A stretch of 36,591 nucleotides of DNA, taken from contig JBDUAZ010000039.1 in the NCBI GenBank assembly GCA_040004385.1, forward strand, positions 1 through 36,591, given 5' to 3'. The first letter of the stretch is position 1, and each line of letters opens with the position of its first letter. The notes under the pieces were generated by a model that saw only the letters and a list, made by a program, of their open reading frames with translations, ran no database searches and was not told where the DNA came from. The translations under genes and the position numbers were made by a program. This DNA is from Chthoniobacterales bacterium. GTDB lineage: Bacteria; Verrucomicrobiota; Verrucomicrobiia; Chthoniobacterales; UBA10450. This document shows, one piece after another, positions 25,851 through 36,591 of the stretch.

Positions 25851-26858
25851 ATGACGCCTAAGAGACTCAGTGAGATTCTCTCACACGCGTCCAGCAAGCG
25901 CATTCTCGTCGTGGGCGATCTGATGCTAGACGAGTTTGTCTGGGGAACAGTCGGACGAATTTCACCCGAGGCGCCGGTGCCGGTGGTCGAGGTAACGGGG
26001 GAAAGTTTCTACCCGGGCGGGGCCGCGAATGTCGCGCGAAACCTCCGCCAATTTATTGAAACGGTGGCGGTCGTCGGCCTGATAGGCAATGACCGCGGCG
26101 GCCGACAACTTCAGGAACTTCTGCAGGCGGAACGAATCGAGGCCGACGCGATCGGCGACGCCGATTTTCAAACGATCGTAAAAACCCGCATCATCGCAAG
26201 GCAACAACAGGTGGTGCGCGTGGATCGAGAGCAGGTTCGAGCGCCGTCGCCCGCGCAGATCAAACACGCCACAACGCAGGTTCGCGATCGTTTGCCAAAC
26301 ATCGACGCGATTATCTTTGAAGATTACGGCAAAGGCTTTTTGACAGCCGAATTTGTGCGACAGATTTGCGACGACGCTGCAACGGCTGGAAAAATCGTCA
26401 CCGCCGATCCAAATCCGCGCCATCCGCTCGAGTGGCGCAATGTCACTGCCGTGAAGCCGAATCGGAATGAAGCGTTTCTCGCCGCTGGAATACCATGGGA
26501 GGCGGCCATCGAGCCCGCTGCAAACGACAAGACCTTGATGGCCGTCGGTGCGGCACTGCTCGAAAAATGGGACACTAAATTTCTGCTCATCACATTGGGC
26601 GAACAAGGGATGATGCTTTTCCAGGCCGGCGAGCCGCCCCATCACATACCCACAAAAGCGCGGCAGGTATTTGACGTCTCAGGCGCCGGAGACACTGCGA
26701 TCGCGCTCTTCACGCTCGCGCTCTGTTCCGATGCGTCGCCGATCGAAGCCGCAGAAATCGCCAATCACGGGAGCGCGGTGGTAGTCGGAAAGCTGGGAAC
26801 GGCGACCGTCACGCGCGATGAGCTAATCGCGAATTTCCATGACGACGGTCAGGCCTAA
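25851..26858 (+). CDS. hldA: D-glycero-beta-D-manno-heptose-7-phosphate kinase (RfaE domain I type, kinase only)
   Basis: The sequence contains ILVVGDLMLDEFVWGTVGRISPEAPVPVVEV, GGAANVARN and the PfkB motif DVSGAGDTAIA. The 335-aa length leaves no room for an adenylyltransferase domain. Confidence 0.88.
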   Translation: MTPKRLSEILSHASSKRILVVGDLMLDEFVWGTVGRISPEAPVPVVEVTGESFYPGGAANVARNLRQFIETVAVVGLIGNDRGGRQLQELLQAERIEADAIGDADFQTIVKTRIIARQQQVVRVDREQVRAPSPAQIKHATTQVRDRLPNIDAIIFEDYGKGFLTAEFVRQICDDAATAGKIVTADPNPRHPLEWRNVTAVKPNRNEAFLAAGIPWEAAIEPAANDKTLMAVGAALLEKWDTKFLLITLGEQGMMLFQAGEPPHHIPTKARQVFDVSGAGDTAIALFTLALCSDASPIEAAEIANHGSAVVVGKLGTATVTRDELIANFHDDGQA

Positions 26859-27382
26859 CGAGAAGTCTCCTGCCGTTTTCCTCGATCGCGACGGAACGAT
26901 AATGGAAGACGTAGGGTATTGCGGCAGGCCCGAGCAGGTGAAGATTTTTGCAGGTGCGGCGGATGCCCTGCAAAGGTTAAGGAAGCACGGGTTCAAGCTA
27001 TTTATTATTACAAATCAAAGCGCGGTCGGACGCGGGTATTTTACCGAGGCGCAATATCGTGTCGTGGAAGCGGAATTTCTTCGCCAGGTTGGCGCTCGAT
27101 TGATCGACGGGACTTATTTTTGCCCTGACAAACCGGATACTTCCTCACGGCGTCGAAAACCAGCGCCGGAGATGGTGTTTGAGGCTCAGCGCGAGCATAA
27201 CCTCGATCTTTCGCGTTCGTTTTTCATCGGCGATAAAGACATCGATATTGAATGCGGCCGAAGCGCGGGCGTCCGCACCATTCTCGTCCAAACCGGTTAT
27301 GGCAAGGATACTGCCGATTGCGGCGCGGATTGGATCGCTCGTGATCTGACACAGGCGACTGAAATCATCCTCAATAACGCGA

Positions 27383-27390
<8 letters not shown>
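26839..27390 (+). CDS. gmhB: D-glycero-D-manno-heptose 1,7-bisphosphate phosphatase (HAD-IIIA)
   Basis: The sequence contains AVFLDRDGTI, IITNQSAVGRGYF, RKPAPEM and FIGDKDIDIECG. It overlaps the upstream kinase gene by 20 nt. Confidence 0.88.
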
Positions 27391-30754
<3,364 letters not shown>

Positions 30755-30758
<4 letters not shown>

Positions 30759-31900
30759 GTCGCGCTGGATGTGAGAGAGTTTCGCGCCTGCAAAACGGCG
30801 CTGATTGCCTCGCCGGCGGTTGAGCCGAGCGCAGTCAGATGGCCCATTTTACGACGCGGCCGTGGCTCTTTTTTGCCGTAAAGGTGCAAGTGCACATCCG
30901 CGACATTCAGCGCGGCGATCCAATCAGGTTCCCCAGTCTGCCAAAGGTCTCCCAGCAAATTTGCCATCGCAGATGGCCTAACGACTTCTGTCGATCCGAG
31001 CGGCAGGCCGCAAACCGCACGAAGATGTTGCTCGAACTGACTCGTGACACAGCCCTCGATCGTGCCGTGGCCGGAGTTATGAGGCCGTGGCGCGAGCTCG
31101 TTGACAAGTATTTTACCGTCCGGTTCCAGAAACATCTCGACCGCCAGTATTCCGATAAGGTCGAGCTTTTCGGCGATGGTAGAAGCCAGATCCGCCGCGG
31201 TCTGCTGAATCCGCTCGTCAACTCTCGCCGGAATAATCGTCACATCCAGAATGTGATCTCGATGGACATTTTCGCAGAGGGGGAAAGTCTCTACTGCACC
31301 ATCAGCTCCTCGCACGACAATCACTGAAATCTCTTTTTCGAAACTGACGGCGCGTTCGAGTATCAGCTCATCAGCAGGCCGCGCCTCCCACAGCTGGCGC
31401 ACGTCCCCCGCCCCGGCGATCAGTTGTTGTCCCTTACCGTCATACCCGAACGCAGCGCTCTTCAAAATCGCAGGGCGACCGATCTGCTCGAGGGCCCGAG
31501 ACAGCTCGTCCGCCTTCGCGATTTTTCGATAGGCAGCGACGGGAATTTCCGCTTCTACGAGGAAGTCCTTTTCCCGCCAGCGATTTTGCGCGGTATGGAG
31601 AACGGCGCCGGACGGCCGCACATCGCACTCTTCGGAACACCATTCGATCGTCCTTCCTGGAATGTTTTCGAACTCAAAAGTGAGAAGATCGATTTCTCGC
31701 GCAAAACCGCGGACCGCGGATTCATCGCTGTAATCCGCGACCGTTGCACGATCCGCGAACTGGGCCGTCGGACTGTTTTTTTCCGGTGTGAAAACGTGAA
31801 CGCGATAGCCCATCCGGCGCGCGGCGATGGCAAACATCCGGCCAAGCTGGCCTCCGCCCATGATGCCAATTGTTGAGCCGGGAAGGTACGTGCGCGTCAT
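30755..31900 (-). CDS. purK: 5-(carboxyamino)imidazole ribonucleotide synthase
   Basis: The sequence contains [22 protein letters not shown]. The ATP-grasp region has YDGKGQ and [12 protein letters not shown]. Confidence 0.92.
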
Positions 31901-32409
31901 GGCACGCGCTGCGCGAGCACGGAATCGGTCTGTGATTTCCGGAATGCCTGCACTTTCGCTCGCACCTTTTCATCGCGGAGTCCGACAATACTCGCAGCTA
32001 AGAGCGCTGCATTCGTTGCGCCGGCCACGCCAATCGCGAGCGTCCCAACGGGCACACCCGCCGGCATCTGCGCGATGGAGAGCAGCGAATCGATGCCATT
32101 CAGCGCCTTCGATTGAATCGGAACACCGAGCACAGGTAACCAGGTATGCGCTGCGATCATTCCCGGTAAATGCGCCGCACCGCCGGCCCCCGCAATGATC
32201 ACGCGCAGACCACGATCAGCCGCGGTGCGCGCGAATTCCGCCATCAACTCTGGCGTGCGATGCGCCGAGACAATGCGGTGTTCGTGTGCGACGCCGAGTT
32301 TACCAAGGAGCTCGACACAATGACGCATCGTCTCCCAATCGGAGGCGCTTCCCATGACAACAGCCACAAGCGCAGCTGGCGATTTCGACTCGGCCATGTA
32401 TCGCTTCAT
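31897..32409 (-). CDS. purE: 5-(carboxyamino)imidazole ribonucleotide mutase
   Basis: The sequence contains [32 protein letters not shown] and PVLGVP. The track ORF starts at GTG 32412; the ATG at 32409 is one codon in. Confidence 0.94.
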   Translation of the reverse strand: MKRYMAESKSPAALVAVVMGSASDWETMRHCVELLGKLGVAHEHRIVSAHRTPELMAEFARTAADRGLRVIIAGAGGAAHLPGMIAAHTWLPVLGVPIQSKALNGIDSLLSIAQMPAGVPVGTLAIGVAGATNAALLAASIVGLRDEKVRAKVQAFRKSQTDSVLAQRVP

Positions 32410-32431
32410 CACTTGCCTACAACCGGGCGGG

Positions 32432-32484
32432 TTGCAAAGGTCTTTTTATAACGAGCCGCCTTGCGCACGCCGTGACCGTTGCAA
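32432..32484. repeat. Pair of TTGCAA palindromes (32432-32437, 32479-32484) in the purE / aroK divergent spacer
   Basis: Read directly as gggTTGCAAagg ... ccgTTGCAAccg. The function is unknown. Confidence 0.3.
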
Positions 32485-32511
32485 CCGAGAGAGCGCGCCT
32501 GATACTGACGA

Positions 32512-33060
32512 ATGACCGCGCGCGGCCCGGCGATTTCTCTCATCGGCTTCATGGGCACTGGCAAATCGTCGACTGGACGCGAGCTGGCGCGGCGCACTGG
32601 GCGACGGTGTTTCGAGACGGATGCGATCGTCGTTGCGCAACTAGGGATGACGATTAATGAAATTTTCTCGAATCTCGGTGAAGAGACATTCCGCGATGCG
32701 GAAGCGGCGGCGTTGCGAACAATTCCGTACGACGATAATTGCATCGTGGTCACGGGCGGAGGTATCGTTCTGCGCCCGGCGAACCGCGAACTAATCCGCG
32801 AGCTGGGTCGCGTCGTGAACCTGACCGCGGATGAAGAAACGATTTATGAGCGAATCTCGCGACGTGCGGACCGGCCCCTTCTCAGGACCGACGATCCACG
32901 CGCTACGATTGCGCGACTGATGGCTGAGCGGCAGCAGCTCTACGCGAGCGCCGCGGACATAACGCTGGATACATCGGGCCTGACGCCCGCGCAGATCACG
33001 GTTGAAATCCTTTCGCTAATCGAGCGGGGCGATGCTGCGAGCATAGAAGGCAAAACATGA
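32512..33060 (+). CDS. aroK: Shikimate kinase
   Basis: The Walker A motif is ISLIGFMGTGKSSTGRELA, followed by FRDAEAAAL and VVTGGGIV. Confidence 0.9.
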   Translation: MTARGPAISLIGFMGTGKSSTGRELARRTGRRCFETDAIVVAQLGMTINEIFSNLGEETFRDAEAAALRTIPYDDNCIVVTGGGIVLRPANRELIRELGRVVNLTADEETIYERISRRADRPLLRTDDPRATIARLMAERQQLYASAADITLDTSGLTPAQITVEILSLIERGDAASIEGKT

Positions 33061-34175
33061 GCGCGCCCCCGCTATCACCGCCAAAACCGACCTTTAGCCC
33101 CGCTCAAATCAAACGCGAGGTCATCGCGTGCGCACAGGCGGTCGGTTTCGATTCGTGTCGCGTCACCGGTTGCAACGCACCGCAACATGCATCCGAATTT
33201 CGCGATTGGCTCGCTGCCGGAGCAGCGGGAGAAATGGAATGGCTCTCGCGTGGCGAAGAGAAGCGTTCCGACCCGCAGAAGATCCTCGCCGGAGCGCGCT
33301 CCGTCATCGTGGTGGCCCTGAACTATTGGCAGGGTCCCGAGCGTGCCGAGTCTTCGTCTGCACCGAGCGGGCGAATTGCGCGATACGCCTGGGGCGATGA
33401 TTACCACGAGCTAATGCTGCGCAAGATGGAACAGCTCGCGGTAATCCTCCATCGGCATGGCGGCGGGCAAAAATGCTACGTCGACACCGGCCCACTGCTC
33501 GAGCGCGATCATGCCGCGGAGGCGGGCGTTGGCTGGCACGGGAAAAGCACCATGTTGATCGATCGGAAGCTCGGAACCTGGTTTTTACTCGGCGAAATTT
33601 TAACGACGCTGGAGCTGCCGCGGGACGATCTTCAGCCAGCGCGTTGCGGCAGTTGCTCACGCTGCATCAAAGCCTGCCCGACCGGTGCAATCACCAGCCC
33701 CCATCATCTCGATGCCCGGCGTTGCATCTCCTACCTCACGATTGAATCGAAAGGTGCGATTCCAATCGAACTCCGCCCCCTCATCGGTGACCGGATTTAT
33801 GGGTGCGACGATTGCCTGGACGCCTGCCCGTGGAACAAGTTTGCCGCCGTTTCGCGAGAGAGCGCTTTTATGGCCCGCGCGGGGACGGAGCAGATGGTGC
33901 TGCGCGATTATCTCCTACTGGATGACGACCAATTCCGCGCGCTTTTCCGAGGCTCGCCAATCAAACGGGTGAAACGCCGCGGATTTCTGCGCAACGTTTG
34001 CGTAGCGCTCGGTAACGTCGGCGGGCCGTCCGATCTACCCGCACTGGAAAAGGCCCGCGCGGATTGCGAACCGCTAATTTCTGAGCACGCCGCCTGGGCA
34101 ATCGACCAGATCAGTGCACGCAGTCGACGGCCCATGGTGGAGAGAAGCGCGCTCTTCGCTGTTCAAAAAGCTTGA
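33057..34175 (+). CDS. queG: tRNA epoxyqueuosine(34) reductase
   Basis: The sequence contains ARYAWGDDYH, YVDTGPLLER, the ferredoxin motifs CGSCSRCIKACPTGAI and CISYLTIE, and CDDCLDACPWNKF. Confidence 0.92.
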   Translation: MSAPPLSPPKPTFSPAQIKREVIACAQAVGFDSCRVTGCNAPQHASEFRDWLAAGAAGEMEWLSRGEEKRSDPQKILAGARSVIVVALNYWQGPERAESSSAPSGRIARYAWGDDYHELMLRKMEQLAVILHRHGGGQKCYVDTGPLLERDHAAEAGVGWHGKSTMLIDRKLGTWFLLGEILTTLELPRDDLQPARCGSCSRCIKACPTGAITSPHHLDARRCISYLTIESKGAIPIELRPLIGDRIYGCDDCLDACPWNKFAAVSRESAFMARAGTEQMVLRDYLLLDDDQFRALFRGSPIKRVKRRGFLRNVCVALGNVGGPSDLPALEKARADCEPLISEHAAWAIDQISARSRRPMVERSALFAVQKA

Positions 34176-34287
34176 ATCCGAGCCGCGGCTCTCGCGCATC
34201 TCACGGTTACTTGCGTGAACGAGATTTACTTCCCGAGTGTCTAAGCACGCCATATCTCTCTCGGTTTCAACGCCCTTACGCCCCAAA

Positions 34288-35646
34288 ATGCACCAGACAA
34301 TGACGACCTCTTCTACGGTGGCGCCTTCTAAACAAAGACGTTCCCGCCGCCGGCGTTACATCATCTTCGGCGCGCTTGCGCTGCTTTTGCTCTGGATTAT
34401 CACGTCGGTAATTCTTGGTAAACGCGAGAAACCGATTCCTGTAACTACTGAGAAAGCGATTCGGACGACGATAATCCAGACAGTTTCGGCAACGGGCAAA
34501 GTTGTTCCAGAAGTCGAAGTGAGGATTTCACCCGAGGTGGCCGGTGAAATCGTCGAATTGCCGGTGCACGACGGCAGCGCGGTGAAAAAAGGGGATCTGC
34601 TCATGCGCATCAAGCCCGACTCCTACAAGGCGTTATTGGAGCAACAGGAAGCGTCCATCAGCGCGGCCAAGGCCTTTAATCTGCAACAGCAGGCGGCGAC
34701 TGCCAAAACCGAACGCGACCTGAAGCGCGCCCAGGATCTCTACGCGAAGAAGATGATTTCGGAATCCGAATTCAACGCGGCACAGACAGCGTACGACGTC
34801 GCAAAATCGACCTTTGAATCGTCGCTCCACGAAATCGAGCGCGCACAGGCCGGGAGCAGTCAGGCCCGGGATCAACTTTCGAAGACAACGATCACCTCCG
34901 CAATTGACGGAATGGTGACGCTCTTAAACAGCAAGCTCGGTGACCGGGTGGTAGCGACGAATCAATTCGCCGGCACAGACGTTATGCGGGTTTCCGATCT
35001 TTCGCGCATGAATGCGCAGGTCGCGGTCAATGAAAATGATGTCGTCAATGTAAAGATCGGGGATAAGGCAGACGTCACGATTGACGCTTACGGCGATCGT
35101 AAATTCAAAGGAAGTGTTTCGGAAATTGCGAACACTGGGACCACCACCGGGACCGGTACGCAGGAGGAAGTCACGAATTTCGTGGTGAAAGTGCGAATCA
35201 ATGCCGACGGAGTCGTCCTTCGCCCCGGCTTGAGCTGCACCACGGATATTCAGACAAGCGTCGTGAACGATGTCGTGGCGGTGCCGATGCAAAGCGTCAC
35301 CATTCGCACTGGAGACACGAACCTGAGTCCCGAGGAAATCGAAAAGCGGAAACAAAAACGCGCTGAGCAGGAGCAGGGCGACAACAGTGCCGACCTCACA
35401 AATGGACGACAGGAAAAGCAGAATCAGAAAGAGGCGCGCGAAAAACTTTCTAAAGTCGTCTTCCTCAAGCACGACGGCAAAGCGCAAATGGTGAAGGTTA
35501 CGACCGGGATCACGGACGATACGCACATCGAGATCAAGAGTGGAATCAAGGTCGGTGACGAAGTGATCTCCGGCAGCTACAGCGCCATCAGCCGCAAGCT
35601 GAAGGATGGAGCAAAAGTCACAATCGAAAAGGAAGTGACGAAGTAG
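34288..35646 (+). CDS. Efflux transporter periplasmic adaptor subunit (HlyD/MacA-like membrane fusion protein)
   Basis: An N-terminal anchor ([19 protein letters not shown]) is followed by the lipoyl-like [44 protein letters not shown] coiled-coil hairpin follows, then ITSAIDGMV. The track ORF starts at GTG 34237; I prefer the ATG at 34288. The start is uncertain. Confidence 0.84.
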   Translation: MHQTMTTSSTVAPSKQRRSRRRRYIIFGALALLLLWIITSVILGKREKPIPVTTEKAIRTTIIQTVSATGKVVPEVEVRISPEVAGEIVELPVHDGSAVKKGDLLMRIKPDSYKALLEQQEASISAAKAFNLQQQAATAKTERDLKRAQDLYAKKMISESEFNAAQTAYDVAKSTFESSLHEIERAQAGSSQARDQLSKTTITSAIDGMVTLLNSKLGDRVVATNQFAGTDVMRVSDLSRMNAQVAVNENDVVNVKIGDKADVTIDAYGDRKFKGSVSEIANTGTTTGTGTQEEVTNFVVKVRINADGVVLRPGLSCTTDIQTSVVNDVVAVPMQSVTIRTGDTNLSPEEIEKRKQKRAEQEQGDNSADLTNGRQEKQNQKEAREKLSKVVFLKHDGKAQMVKVTTGITDDTHIEIKSGIKVGDEVISGSYSAISRKLKDGAKVTIEKEVTK

Positions 35647-35693
35647 CAGTCACGCGCGGCAGCAGACGCAAGTATCGCGCTCTCTGGTTTGAT

Positions 35694-36440
35694 ATGATCT
35701 CCACCGATACGGTTCGCCCAGCCGGCCCAATCGTGATCGACATAGAAAACATCACGAAGCACTACGTCATGGGGGAAGAGACGGTGCACGCACTTCGTGG
35801 CGTGACTCTTCAAATTCATCGCAACGAATATCTGGCGATCATGGGCCCAAGCGGCAGCGGTAAATCCACGCTCATGAACATGCTCGGTTGTCTCGATACT
35901 CCGAGTTCCGGACGCTACGAATTCAATGGCCGAAACGTCGCCGAAATGGACGGCGACGAGCTCGCAGCGATCCGGAATCGCGAGATCGGTTTCGTTTTCC
36001 AAACCTTCAATCTCCTTCCCCGCTCTACCAGTCTGCGCAACGTCGAACTGCCGCTGATCTACGCCGGAATCGATCCGGAGACACGGGAAGAGCGTGCCGC
36101 GAACGTGCTCCGCGATGTTGGCCTCGGAGATCGGCTACAACACAAGCCCAACGAGCTGTCGGGCGGGCAGCGACAACGGGTTGCGATCGCGCGTGCTCTC
36201 GTCAATAACCCATCCATTATTCTCGCCGACGAACCGACGGGAAATCTCGATTCTAAAACCGGCGAAGAGATTATGGCCCTGCTCGAAAACCTGTATCAAC
36301 GAGGCAACACGATCATCCTCGTGACTCACGAATCAGACATCGCCAAGCATGCGCGGCGAAGCGTCCATTTGCGCGATGGAGTAATTGAAAGCGATCACGC
36401 CCGCTCGCCGAGCGAGCCGGCCCTGATCGCGACAAACTGA
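35694..36440 (+). CDS. ABC transporter ATP-binding protein (MacB/LolD-type)
   Basis: The Walker A motif is [12 protein letters not shown], the signature is [15 protein letters not shown], and the Walker B motif is [11 protein letters not shown]. Confidence 0.93.
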   Translation: MISTDTVRPAGPIVIDIENITKHYVMGEETVHALRGVTLQIHRNEYLAIMGPSGSGKSTLMNMLGCLDTPSSGRYEFNGRNVAEMDGDELAAIRNREIGFVFQTFNLLPRSTSLRNVELPLIYAGIDPETREERAANVLRDVGLGDRLQHKPNELSGGQRQRVAIARALVNNPSIILADEPTGNLDSKTGEEIMALLENLYQRGNTIILVTHESDIAKHARRSVHLRDGVIESDHARSPSEPALIATN

Positions 36441-36457
36441 ATCTCCGATCGCACGAA

Positions 36458-36591
36458 ATGAAACGCTTTATCTACGAGCTGACAGAAAGCTGGAAAATCG
36501 CTGCGTCGCAAATGCGGGCGAACAAGACGCGCTCGATGCTGACGGCTCTCGGCGTCATCATCGGAATTGTCGCGGTCACTCTCATGGGTAC
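36458..36591 (+). CDS. ABC transporter permease (MacB/FtsX-like), 5' fragment running off the window
   Basis: My translation from the ATG at 36458 gives MKRFIYELTESWKIAASQMRANKTRSMLTALGVIIGIVAVTLMG. This is the typical MacB-family N-terminus (R.NK.RS.LT.LG..IG). It is not in the ORF track because no stop lies within the window. Confidence 0.75.
   Translation, partial: MKRFIYELTESWKIAASQMRANKTRSMLTALGVIIGIVAVTLMG

Noticed and set aside
35326-35454. A highly charged K/E/Q-rich segment ([43 protein letters not shown]) inside the MacA-like adaptor, considered as an unusual insertion.
   Set aside because: Without an alignment I cannot show it is an insertion relative to the family. Low-complexity charged loops are common in membrane fusion proteins.

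Overview
This is a densely packed, GC-rich chromosomal segment with about 35 protein-coding genes on both strands. I saw no rRNA, tRNA, CRISPR array, transposase, integrase or phage gene. The content is almost entirely housekeeping. It includes aspartate-family amino-acid synthesis (lysC, thrC), leucine/branched-chain catabolism (crotonase, HMG-CoA lyase, methylcrotonyl-CoA carboxylase beta-like carboxyltransferase), DNA polymerase IV, GDP-mannose synthesis, ruvX and truA. It also includes sulfate activation (cysD, cysN/C), nuoB-nuoC, an L,D-transpeptidase-like protein, purine nucleoside phosphorylase and phoH plus a PgpH-like 7TM-HD protein. Further along are LPS inner-core genes (heptose-7-P kinase, gmhB, kdsB), pyrG, sua5, purE/purK, aroK, queG and a MacAB-type efflux module that runs off the 3' edge. 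The LPS genes indicate a Gram-negative organism, and the apparent lack of Shine-Dalgarno sequences suggests a Bacteroidota- or PVC-like lineage; I cannot verify either inference. I see no defence island or mobile accessory region, so this is mostly an ordinary core region. The most unusual item is a 1051-aa ORF (2564-5719) that fuses E1alpha, E1beta, a lipoyl domain and the E2 acyltransferase core of a 2-oxoacid dehydrogenase complex, with no recognisable peripheral subunit-binding domain. Secondary observations are: two uncharacterised secreted proteins heading the phoH/pgpH gene string; an orphan nuoB-nuoC pair; five convergent gene pairs whose ends overlap or lie within 6 nt; one AT-rich convergent spacer; and paired TTGCAA palindromes in two divergent promoter regions.
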